The notes below the pieces were generated by a model. That model saw only the letters and a list, made by a program, of their open reading frames with translations, was not told where the DNA came from and searched no databases. A DNA stretch of 64,000 bases from positions 91,760,001-91,824,000 of the forward strand of contig NC_079164.1 in assembly GCF_947568905.1 (NCBI RefSeq), read 5' to 3'. A program made the position numbers and the translations under genes. Of this stretch, positions 1 to 12,200 are shown piece after piece. This DNA is from Ostrea edulis (Eukaryota). The stretch's first letter is position 1; each line of letters begins with the position of its first letter.

Positions 1-160
1 AATTATTGACAGGTTTTTGAGCAGTGCTTCATTTAGTATCTGGACTACCCTGTTTTTGAGTACTAATTTCCACCCCAAATACTTAAATTTTCCCAATTTC
101 TTATTATGTGGTTAATGTTATTATTTATTTTATATTCTGCATGTATTCTAAAGATTATTG

Positions 161-162
<2 letters not shown>

Positions 163-205
<43 letters not shown>
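163..205. repeat. (AT)n microsatellite
   Basis: Pure AT dinucleotide run, read directly. Confidence 0.95.
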
Positions 206-209
<4 letters not shown>

Positions 210-1454
210 TAAATTCCGTCAAATTATTTTCATGAATTGAAAATCGGAATGTTTTTGTAAAATTCATCAATTTTCGAAAGGGGGGAGATTCAAAGCTTAT
301 TACCTCCCTTGTATATACTTAGAAAGTTGCCATGAAATTTAAACACATTGTAAAGGACATCCTGATGGTGCTTCATGAGAAAAAGAAAAAATATTTATTG
401 ACTAGTTATTTTTGGTCACATCGTCCCGCATGTCCTTAATTCAGTTATTTCAAATCTTTTATCAACTTAAATTTATAAAAGCATAAAAATCAAATTTCTG
501 ACTGAAAACATCCTTGAAGTCTGTACAACACATTGTAAACAAAAATATCTAAAACTACATCCGAATTTTGATTAACAATTGTTAAATGTTTAGGATAATT
601 AAGTTGATGAGCAACAGTTATCCAATCTTCAGAATAGACTGATTCAATGAGGATCAACAGAAAAATGGATTGGCAATCAGGTTATCCATTGTAAAGTCAT
701 CATACTTTTCTATGCTTCAATGAACTCAGGGTATTGGACAGTTAAGAACACAAAAGAAATCCTCTTTTCATGAAAAATCTTAAAACGACGTAGAATTATG
801 AACTCATAATTTATTTTTAATTAGAATAGTGTTGTGGTTAGTTAGTATAAACACATTAAAAAATTATGAAAGTTTTTGGCTATACTAGCCACTGCACTTA
901 GGAAATTCAATCTAATTCAGTCTAAACTATTTTCATCAAGCTATTTCAAATAGCTTCATAAAGCTACATAGGCTAGCTAACTCGAGAGATTGTGCTAGAC
1001 CAGGTATGACCTAATGAAAAGATGTCCGAGATGAACTTTGTATTCCTTGCATGCCATCTAGGCCCAAAATTGGAAATAAATTACTTACTAACTGTACCCA
1101 CATCATAATCTATATTTACTTGAACACAATTTTTACCATTTTATCAATTCACTTGTTACTTACGAAGCCATTTCTCAATGTTAGGCTATTTCATTTTTCA
1201 TATATTCAGCGCGTCTCCTCCATAATAACACGGATCCGGAAAAATGATAATTTCCTGATCCGGCAAAAATTGAATATTTGATAACTCGCGTTATTTTTAC
1301 CACAGTACCAGTACACCTTTCATGAGTAATTTATATGTAAAATAATCATGAAAAGTTTTTTTGTCTGTTGCTGATAGTGTTACAACACAGTACAATTACA
1401 GATGTATATGAAATTATCCCATACATTTGATGTGGTTTACTATGGGTACATTTT

Positions 1455-1999
1455 TTGTATCTCAACTGTATGACAAACGGGATGATTTCAGCTTTTCCAT
1501 CGTCAACTTCCCATATTTATGTAGCAATATTCCATTATCACCTGCATATGGTGTTTATATATCTCAACTGATTCGATATGCAAGAGCTTGTTCTGCGTAT
1601 AGTAGGTTTTTAATTCGAGGTAAGCTACTGACAAACAAGTTGATGGTACAGGGGTTTCAACAGTCTCGATTGAAGTCAGCATTTCCCAAATTCTATGGTC
1701 GTTATAACGATCTAGTTCGTCAATACAACCTATCATTGGGTGAAATGCTGTCTGACGTGTTTCCTACCGATTGTTAAGCCGATCTTGGCACACTGATTTT
1801 GACTGCGGATAGCTCCGTTTACCTGAACAGGATATAGGGCTCACGGCGGGTGTGACCGGTCAACAGGGGATGCTTACTCCTCCTAGGCACCTGATCCCAC
1901 CTCTGGTGTGTCCAGGGGTCCGTGTTTGCCCAACTATCTATTTTGTATTGCTTACAGGAGTTATGAGATTGATCACTGTTCGTTATCTTCACCTTGCAT
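1455..1999 (+). mobile_element. 5'-truncated Penelope-like retroelement (probably Naiad/Chlamys clade): RT C-terminus plus 3' region
   Basis: ORF 1427-1777 reads QLYDKRDDFSFSIVNFPYLCSNIPLSPAYGVYISQLIRYARAC, an RT thumb/C-terminal region with a DKR motif. A diverged inverted copy lies at ~56907-57460. The clade name is from recalled motifs. Confidence 0.7.
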
Positions 2000-2199
2000 C
2001 TATGAGTATATATGGGTATCGAGATGATACTGAGGTATCTTTTACTAAGGCGTTTTAACCTTCTAGCAAAATAACTCATTTTTACGATTTACTTAATAAT
2101 TTTTCTTGGATCAATATTGGATTTATATAATAAAAAAATTAAGAATAATTTCGATCCACGGGTAATAGTACTCGTGGCTGTAATTCTCCCCCCCCCCCC

Positions 2200-2646
2200 C
2201 TAACAAATCAATATAGCAGGAAAACTAAAGTTAAATTATACAACAGCAATGTAAAATCAGTACTAATGTATGGAAGTGAATGCTGGAGAGTCACCAAAAC
2301 AGACATGAGATCATTATCAAGTTTCCACCACAACTGCCTGAGACAAATATGCAGAATAGTTTGGCCAAATACCGTCTTAAATACAACCTCCTGAAATTGA
2401 CAGATTCCTCCTGCATTATCAAAGAAATGCGACAAAAACGACTCCGATGGCTTGGACACGTCTTGAGAATGGATGGAACAACAATACAAAAAAGGGCTCT
2501 ACACTACCAGGCAAAAGACCAAGGGGAAGACCAAAATCAACCTGGCGAAAGACGGTCGAAAATGAGCGAAAAACAGAGCTGAGTGGCGAAGTCTTGTATT
2601 GACCTTATGCTCCGACTGGAGCGAAGAGGATAGGTAAGGTAAGGTA
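2200..2646 (+). mobile_element. RTE-clade LINE 3' fragment (degenerate RT C-terminus)
   Basis: From 2221 it translates KTKVKLYNSNVKSVLMYGSECWRVTK...FHHNCLRQICRIVWPN, then RLRWLGHVLRM in another frame. It ends in a short (TAAGG)n-type tail at ~2631-2646. Confidence 0.8.
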
Positions 2647-4989
2647 TATAAGAAATCAGAACCCTCTTAAGTTTAATGTTCCATTAGCTGAATCCGCCTC
2701 ATATATGAATAGCTTTATACCGATTTCCTAACTCGTAGAAAAGATTTATTTCATTTTCTCCACTAGGTTAATAGCACGAATACACCGTCGCAACAAGCAG
2801 TTTGCACTGAAACGAGTTTGTGAAAGAGGAAAATATGTAAATGCGGATCAACACTGGGTCACGATTTTGTTTTCTTTCGATCTGTTAAATGTTCCGTCAC
2901 GTCTGAAAAAGGCATCCTCCAGCCAAAAGTAACACAACACCTAGCTGCGGATCTGTACACCAGAGATTTGATCCGTCCCAATATCCCTCCAGAGAGCTAC
3001 AGATACACCCCCTCCTACCCACACCCAAAAAAGTCAAGTTAGGCTTATAATCCATAATTTGTATAATGCTTCATGATCAAAATAAAGCTGTTAAACCCCT
3101 AAATCAACAGCTGTTTCGCTTTGCTGTCTATGCTAAAGACAAAGGCCTCAGTATGCTGAAAAAAGAATAAATTTCGAGGAGGGGGGGGTTCAGTTTTTCC
3201 ATTTTCGCATACATGTTTTCACCGCCTTCAGTTTATGGGATTGAGTTTTTCTGAAAAAAAATAACGAACTTTGGAAATAAGAAATAACGCAGTTTTGTGT
3301 TTGGGTTTTTTTTCCCCTTGAAATTTTTGTAGAGAGGTAGTCTGGATCATTCCAATGTTTGTGCATGCATACTGCCCATAAAAAAAAGGGGGGGGGGGGT
3401 TACACATCGAGACTAGTAGAGAAATACCGGTCGGTGGAAACGCCATACGTCAGAATTAAAAGGACAACTAACGGTACTTATACATATGTCATGTTTTAAT
3501 TTGTTATGTGTGAAAAGGGGTTAATTACGATGCGATCACCACAAGTCCGGGAATTGACAATATGTGAAAAGAGTTCTTTTTACCGGTTTATAATCAGGGT
3601 ACGTAACACTTTAGCATCTTGTACTATGAATAGTATTATATCGTTATAACCAGTTTTTGTGAAATTTTTATAATGCTGTTTAAGGAAAATTGCAATTTTC
3701 GGACGTTGCTTATGTATGTCTCATGCGATGACCTAATATATTTTATTTGATGATTTATTAGTTTGAACTCTAATTTTTTTTAATACGTTTATTAGATAAC
3801 AATGCGAGTATGGAGTTGCCTTTTTCTTTTTACCGGTTTATAATCAGGGTACGTAATACTTTAGCATCTTGTACTATGAATTGACATTGCACTCTTTTCT
3901 ACAATGGGCTGTGAATTCCATGTGATTTTTATTTATTTAATTTTTATAAATATAATAAAATATATTAGGTCATCGCATGAGACTTAACACCCCCCACTCC
4001 CCAAAATCATAAATTCCAAGTTTATCCGTCTCTGGTATTTTCAACAATTTCAGTCCGATTTATTATGACAGGTCTGTGTAAGTACTAAAGTAGGAAATAT
4101 TCTCAGTGGTGTCATTTCCATTTACTTAGCATTTGAAGAAAATGATAACAAGTGATATTTATTAATGTAATTATACTTCTAAATATCTGATGAATTTCAT
4201 AATATATAAATATCATTGACTCGTCTCGGACGGTGGATCATACTCAGATAGTCCTAGTAACATTGATCATGGGACTGCCGGGTTATTCTCTGGATATATC
4301 CATGAAGGTTACGTCTGTCAATTTCTCTAAAGAAAATAGGGACTGGGTAATATTGTAAATTCAATGTCATATTACGTCTGTAGAATCTCGTACATGTATG
4401 CAGTGTGACGCAGATTGTTATGTTTACTTTGACTCATTTCAAAATGACTTCACGCTGTAATAGATCTTAGACACTTACAAAATTGAGATGCTAGGTTGGT
4501 AATCCTTAGAGTTCTTGGAGTGGATAGCAGATTCATTTATAACTAATTAAAAAAAAACAATTCACTATAAACTGTTAAATTTGGATTGACTGTGTGTGGT
4601 ACTTTGGCTGATGCTTCAAGATATCACAACTATTTTTGTATAAACTGAATTTCACTAGCACTCAGCTTGTTTCAGAAAGAAAGTATTTAAGAATTTTGTC
4701 TATAGTAGCGAGGTCTTTACCATACCACCCTCTAATAAAAAACACATGTTTTTTCGTAGGGAGTAGTATTGTTTAGACCCCTGCTATTATTACATTCATT
4801 TATAACTAATTAAAAAAACAATTCACTATAAACTCAGTGAAATTATTACACTACAGACAAAATTACTGATTCCTGTGTTTATATTTTTACAATTGTAATT
4901 TTGTTGTTGTTGTATATATTAATATTTAATTGAGTCTCGTTTCATTTAACATATGATATTCAATAACGTAGTATTGATATCTTTATTAG

Positions 4990-5319
4990 CAGTGGCGGAT
5001 TTAGAGGGGGGCTGCAAGCCCCCTCTAAAATTTTCAAATTTAAGGTAAATCGTGGTATCTTGTTTCAGAAAATGTACTAAACGATAAAAGAAGCAATGAT
5101 TTCTTCACTCCCGGAGAAATAAATGACAAAATCCTTTGATTTCTTGAATTACTTTATTGGAAGAACTTAATTTTTTCCAAAAACCCCTTAAAATTTGGGT
5201 CACTTTATTAATTTCACCTGGAACACCCCCCCCCCCCCCCCCCCCCCAGGGCTTTGCCCTGGACCCACTGCCTCATAAAGTGGCGCCCCCCGTAACCACA
5301 ATTCCTGGATTTGCCCCTG
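4990..5319. mobile_element. MITE with CAG...CTG termini and 5-bp TSD (hAT5-like)
   Basis: Imperfect TIRs CAGTGGCGGATTTAG / CCTGGATTTGCCCCTG, flanks ATTAG/ACTAG. A longer homologous copy is at 61059-61517. Confidence 0.7.
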
Positions 5320-5384
5320 ACTAGAATCTTAAACATAAGAATTGGAGCATATGTACCATTAAAGTTTAACATTGGTACATGTAT

Positions 5385-6298
5385 ATATAGGAAAAATCTT
5401 TAAAAATATCTTCTCAAGAACATACTTAATATGATATACAAGCATATTAAGGTAATGCAAATTCATAGAGGATCAAAGATTTACATGGGGGTATATTGGG
5501 GAAAATATTTTAAAATCTTCTTTTCAAGAACAAGGCTTTGATCAGTCCAATTAATTAAATATGCAAGCATCCTCAGAAAGTGCAGATTAAAGTTTGTTCA
5601 AATCATGGATGGGGGTTGTGGGTGGGGCACAATAGGGGATCAAAGTTTTGTGTGAGAATTTATAGGGACAAATCTTCTCAAGACCAGCATAGCTTTGCAT
5701 GGTTAGTCATATCAATTATGAATTCTAACCATTCTCAGTTATTGCAGATTTCATTTTATTCAAATCATGGTACTGAGGGTAGGATTGGTCCCTAATAGGG
5801 ATAAAATTTATGCATGGTAATAATTTTATGTAAAAATCTTCTCGAGACCAGAAACACCATGATTTATCATCATTATTATGCAAGCATCCATGGGTACTGC
5901 AGATTCGATTTACTTCAAATCTTGGGAAGGATGGGGCCTCAGTAAGGGATCAAAGTTTTACATTGGAATATTTGTAATGTTTGAAAATTTTCCTATCAAG
6001 GACCATTGATCAGATATATATTAATATGCAAGCATTGCAATGTAGTGTAGATTCATGTTTGCCTAGGGTTGTTTTAATTAGGGAATCAAAGTTTTACATG
6101 AGAATATATAGGAAATTTGAAGAAGAAAAAATATTTTTCACTGGTAGCAGGGCCACACTATTGACCAACTTGGACTCGAAGTTCAAAAGTCACAACCCCT
6201 TGCAGCTGGGGTCATGGGATTAAAGAGGGAAAAGATCTTTAAAAACCTTCCTCTGAAGTTGACTCAGGTGAGCATTGTGGCTCATGGGCCTCTTGTTT
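5385..6298 (+). mobile_element. Helentron-associated non-autonomous element (HINE/CvA-pearl-like), degenerate
   Basis: Degenerate internal repeats and the 3' end CAGGTGAGC...GGCTCATGGGCCTCTTGTTT shared with the element at 17784-18668. The left boundary is approximate. Confidence 0.55.
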
Positions 6299-6903
6299 AA
6301 CAATGCTCACACATGTGAGTGGTGCAAACTGCAGCTGTCATTTGGGTCAATGTTTTGCCAATTATTATCAGTCATTGCCAATCCAGCTGGTCCTGCTGGC
6401 ATGACCAACACTTTTCCACAGCTCTGTGAACACAGATTGCAATCAAGTGCCACAAATTTGACTAATTCATCATTCCCCTCTCTATTTCTCTCTATAAAAT
6501 AATTAGGGCGAAAGCGGTTGCTCCTGCTCCAACGACCTTTCTTATATTGGTGTGCCAGGCCTTGGTAGCACATTATCGAACTTTTCAAGAAAAATTTTAA
6601 AACTTACTTCTTCAGACTTGCTTATCACGATTTTATGTAAGCCATTTCCAGTGACAGTATTAATATTCTTTTTTATGAAACCTTTTTGTATGTATTTTCT
6701 GTAGTTTAATCATGATTTTGTGTAAGCCAGTGCTAGAATTCATATTATTTTAATAAAATGACTATTTTTTTTTTTACACTGTTTTAGATATGTTCAATTT
6801 TTAATTGTAGTTTATTGTTGTTTTAATGTAAAGCGCTCAGAGTAATTTTTTTTATTATATAATGCGCTATATAAATACTGTAAATAATAATAATAATGAT
6901 AAT

Positions 6904-6985
6904 ATTTGAGAACTCATACGCAGCTCAGTTAAGGTTATTTGAGAATCATACGCAGCTCAGTTAAGGCTATTTGAGAAAAATCAGA
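6904..6985. repeat. ~32-bp tandem repeat, ~2.5 copies
   Basis: TATTTGAGAAxTCATACGCAGCTCAGTTAAGG repeated. Confidence 0.8.
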
Positions 6986-7096
6986 GTGCTATTATATATG
7001 TACCTCTGTGCACTTTGCACCATATGACGTCATAATGAAAAAATACGTCACAACGTACAGGCTATTATAGTTGTATCGTGGAGAAAGTGTCATAAT

Positions 7097-7759
7097 CAAT
7101 CTAATTAGAATCAGATTTCTTAGATCCGCGCCGTATACTTTGCGTAAGAAGATCTGACATAACCCGATTAGGGGTCATATTCATGTGAACTTTATGTTGA
7201 CCAATCAGCGCATCGCCTATGAAGTCGTCGGTATTCACAATTCAAGGAAAATGGCTGTGATTGTTTGGTTTGGAAAAAAAAATATAGCAGCTAGAGGTGA
7301 CGTCACAATGCACCATTTACGTCGACTGGCATTGTATTCCTTACATTTGTTAAGTAAACCATCTTGAAAACTATTCAAATCATACCCATCCCTATTCATA
7401 CATAAATTGCAATTCACAATTAATTTAATTTGGGTGTATTTTATATCGTACATTTTGTTGTTTGTATGAATGGAATAGATTTGGCATTATTGCGGAAGTT
7501 TAGAATTCCTTATGTGAGAACAACAATTCTAAAGTGTGCAATAAACTTCATGGGAAAGCGATTACTGCAACTTGTTTACGAATTGCCGGGAACCGCCTGA
7601 ATAGCCATCATTGTCTGTACATGACGCAATCTTACTGGCTGATAGTTCTCATGAATATTCCAAGCAAAAGGTCATGTGGACATGTCCCCCAATGGGATTA
7701 TGTCAGATCCTATTATAGCGATTGTGAGCGTATCCTTGGATCTGATTTTAATTAGATTG
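7097..7759. mobile_element. Mutator-like MITE (10-bp TSD) with a nested TA-flanked MITE at 7147-7713
   Basis: Termini CAATCTAATT / AATTAGATTG and TSD GTGTCATAAT/GTGTTATAAT. Empty 97-110 bp versions occur at 35062 and 62179. The internal element has its own TIR (GATCTGACATAA) and TA flanks. Confidence 0.75.
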
Positions 7760-9245
7760 GTGTTATAATATTTTGTTATTTTCTACCGATCAATGTTATC
7801 AAGATAACCTGTATAAGTGGAACAATTTTCTTGTTAAATGCATGCCAAAATAATGATACATGTATATTAGTCCTTTTAATTTATGATATCATATCACTCT
7901 CCAGTTTTAATATATAGTCAGCATGAAGGTGATATTCATATTATATTTTGACCTTGAAATCGCCCCAAATCTGAATGATGCGTTTAAATATTCACTTATG
8001 TGCATAAATAATCTCATTGTACATTTACAGTGGCAAAGTTCAGATGCATTTGCTATAACCAGCAATATGAATTTATCCGAGATATATTCTACGTATATTC
8101 ATGCATTTGAAAGGTGCTGGGAGCAACTTTTGTCTTGTATATTAACGGTATGGTATCTATAGGAATGTGGATAACCCCGGTAATCGGCTGATGACTGTTG
8201 ATATGTTGTTAGATTATAACATGTTTAGTTTGAGTATTCATTTGCTCCCAACACTTTTCATGTAAAGGATTTTTATTTCTGAGTATATCAATAAAAATTC
8301 ATCTGGTAACCCGCATGCAACTAAAGTTTTGTTTACAAGTAGGGCGTCTTTATGCTTTCCAAAAATAAAGTGTTACGTGATATTCAACTGGAGTCATGGG
8401 AAATTACCATTAGGGGGATTTACGGTAGCTCAGTCACAGTCACCATATGGGTAGTATCGTTTTGGTGTTTAACCGTAACATTTGTAATGATACTTGTGAA
8501 TTGGAGGTGTAATTTCACCCCATAATTATTTTGCATTTTACTATGGGGGCCCTATATCTAGTTGAGCACTGTAAGTACTTGTACATGTATCATTGGCATA
8601 AAAAGTAATGAGGGCTAACAAAACTTTGAAAACATTGGACTAGTGTGTAAATTCAAATTAAAGCCGTGTTCTAGTGGTAACTCTAAACTCTCCTATTGCA
8701 TTTAGAACATTTCAGTGATCTCAAAGTAATTTAGGACAGGGACTGGGGCCATTATTAAAAAAAAGGAGACATTTTGATTGGGATTGGTTAAAAGTAATTA
8801 AACTTTATAGGAGCCCTATATTTGAGTATATTTTTCAAAATTTAAAATGCCTCTATCCAGAAGTACAATATTATAGTAAAAATTTGATCATAACTATATT
8901 TCTAGACATCAGTCTTGAACTTTGTGTTATCCCCTTTTCTGTGATGATTTTACTTCATATATCTATCATAATATTATGATCTCCATGAAAATTAAGCAAA
9001 ACATGGCATGCTTACAAACTACAGAACCGTGGGATGAAAACAAGTCGTGCAATAAATAGTTTTAATTTTTCTGTAAAGGTTTAACATGAAATTCTATGTC
9101 TTCAGTGTATTGCCCCAACCTCAACTCCCTCACACACACTTCATTAAGATTGAAAATTGTAATGCAGTCATATTGAGTTTTATTTCTTATTTTTTAGTAG
9201 TAACATTTAATCTGACCGAGTGATGAATGAGTGAAGCACAACACT

Positions 9246-12200
9246 ATGACCTCGGCAATGAGTTACTCCAGTGAAGCAAAGCAACTGGTGGTGGATGAAG
9301 CAGCAGCCACCGGAATACTCCAGCATCTGAACAAAGATGATTTACAGAGTCTGCTGGATGACAATGCCAAGTTAGACAGCTTAATACAGGATTTACAGCA
9401 GGCAAGTCTTTGTTTTTATTAGACAGCTTAATACAGGATTTACAGCAGGCAAGTCCTTGTTTTTAGTAGACAGCTTAATACAGGATTTACAGCAGGCAAG
9501 TCTTTGTTTTTATTAGACAGCTTAATACAGGATTTACAGCAGGCAAGTCTTTGTTTTTATTAGACAGCTTAATACAGGATTTACAGCAGGCAAGTCTTTG
9601 TTTTTATTAGACAGCTTAATACAGGATTTACAGCAGGCAAGTCTTTGTTTTTATTAGACAGCTTAATACAGGATTTACAGCAGGCAAGTCTTTGTTTTTA
9701 TTAGACAGCTTAATACAGGATTTACAGCAGGCAAGTCTTTGTTTTTATTAGACAGCTTAATACAGGATTTACAGCAGGCAAGTCTTTGTTTTTAACTTTC
9801 TTTTTACACTGTATAAAATTCTGATTTTCTAGCAAAATGTTGTAGCAACAAAGAAAAAAAGCAGGGATTTCTTGATGCTTACCCATGCGATTAATATGTA
9901 TACTAGTTGATTTTGATATGTTTAAATCTTGTCACTAGTTATTAAATGCAGCAATGCAGACTTCAGGTATCACACACATTAAAAAATGTAGGTATCAAGG
10001 GTTAAAAAAATCAAGTAACTACACTCTGTATGTATTTGTGTTTTGTTGGAGCTAAGAGAGGATTCTAATTTATGATATTTAAAATAATGTTTCAAATAAC
10101 ATGTAATAGATTGTCAATTAAGTAAGTTAGCTCCTCGGCTTTTGAGCACAATTATGCAGAATGCTATAGCTTCAATACTGGTCCTATTGGTCCAACATAT
10201 TATACATCTATCCAGCTGAAAAAAATTGTGTGCATTCAAATTTATAAAGGGTTTGGCAGGGACTACATTTTGTGATATAAGGATTGTTTTAAAAAGGTAG
10301 TACTCTACATCATCATAATGGCTGATTTCCTTTAAAAACATGGATGAAAAAATCGATATCAGCAATATATGACTTTTCCTTTTCCATTTAAATACCTAGC
10401 CGAGTAGCTCAGTAGGTTAGAATACCAACTGCTGAACTGTAGGTCGCAGGTTCGAGTCCAGGAGGGGTTTTAAATTTTTTTCAGATTACCTTCTACTATA
10501 ACTGTATTTTTTGACAAAATAAAGTAAATTTGAAAATTTTCAACTTCAAAATATTGTACATATCCTCCACTATTCATCTACATCAAATTTCTCTGGTGTA
10601 GCATACCTCCTTAAAGGAAGTGATTCACGATTTTCCACAAAATTTTGTTGTTCACTTTTAACTATCAATATCTACTGTCTAATGTGTTTAAAAGATTCCA
10701 CATAAGAATTAAGGTTATACATTATCATAGAAGCTCATTTTAGAGAGTTTATTATTTGTTTTGTGAACAAAGATTGCGGTATGTTATTGTTTATGAAATT
10801 TTCAAAAGAAATGGATATTGATCTAAGTTTATTATATCTTTCACATTTCAAGCATTCTTAGGGTAAAATGTCAGTGACATCTAAAAGTTAAATTTTGTGA
10901 CTATACAAAATTAAGATGCTTTATACACTGTATTACAAAATTAATATTTTACTGGTTTGTTTGTATACATTAAAAGACTCGAGTCTTTGTTTACATAACA
11001 CAGATTTAAGGCTAAAATGTTGCTTTCATTCTTGCATTCAGAAGGTCAAAATTTTGGCTGCCAACATTAAATGAGTTATATTTTCAATGTTTAACATAAA
11101 AAATGAAAAATATTTTTTTCAAAAATCGTGAACCAGTCCCTTTAATCAAAAAGTTCTAAATTTGCATGATTTTAGGTTTCTGCTTTATCCAATATATTGC
11201 CAATTTTTATACCCCTATGATTGTATTTCAGTTTTATTATTCATAATACAAGTAGTTGAGACTTGAAACTAATTCAAATGTTGTAATTCATTAATTTGGT
11301 TGATATATTTTCCAAGCAGAACATAGATTCTTCGAATTCTGTATATCATAAATTTTCCTGTATATCAAATGCAAAAAGGTAATTTATTTCCAAATCTACT
11401 ATTATTAAACTTTTTTATGCCTGTGTTGTTAGAAGACATGATAATGTATCTATTTGGTGTAGTAATTGATCGATTTGTGTTGACACCAACAGACAAATCA
11501 AGTTTAAATGAATAAATTTCATTAAGGTAATTTTAAGTGCAAAAAGTTCAAGTTTAAAACACTCAGCTCAATAACAAGCACTATAACCCCAGTTCCTAAT
11601 TCCCCTTCAATGTAGAAATAAAAAATACACTTCTCTAAAAATTGACAATACCACAAAACTAAGGTGCGAATCTCTTTAAATTAAAAAAAATTTCAAATGA
11701 TTCAAACTTTGAAACCTTGTCATTTCTATCTCTTAGCCAGTCAATCTATCCAGTTGTCTGTATAATTTAAAGTAGAAACATTAGCCCAAACCTTAAAATT
11801 ACAATTTAATCAACCTATATTGAAATCAGTTATTTTGAAATATCGCTTATTTTAAAATGAAATAATTCCCCAACAACTTTTTTTTTTATCTTTGTGTCAA
11901 AATGTTGATTAAGGTAGTACTCTACATCGTCATAATGGCTGACTTCCTTTAAAAACATGGATGACAAAATCGATATCAGCATTATTTGACTTTTCCTTTT
12001 CCGTTTAAATACCTAGCCGAGTAGCTCAGTAGGTATGAATACCGACTGCTGAACTGTAGGTCGCAGGTTCAAGTCCAGCAGGGGTTTTAAATTTTTTTCA
12101 GATTATCTTCTACTAAAACTGTATTTTTTGACAAAATAAAGTAAATCTTCAAATTTTCAAATTCAAAATATCTTTGTACATATCCTACACTTTTCATCTA

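Noticed and set aside
1778-1999. SECIS element or hammerhead in the Penelope-like 3' region
   Set aside because: No convincing AUGA/AA/GA SECIS or CUGANGA/GAAA core was found by eye, and no in-frame UGA is present in the retained ORF.
2766-2930. Short open frame LIARIHRRNKQFALKRVCERG... as a gene exon or transposase piece
   Set aside because: No recognisable motif or compatible partner exons.
10399-10467. Functional tRNA genes here and at 12657, 19120-19192 and 20260-20560
   Set aside because: No complete cloverleaf or acceptor stem, and all are embedded in repeats (MITE, SINE or TRIM).
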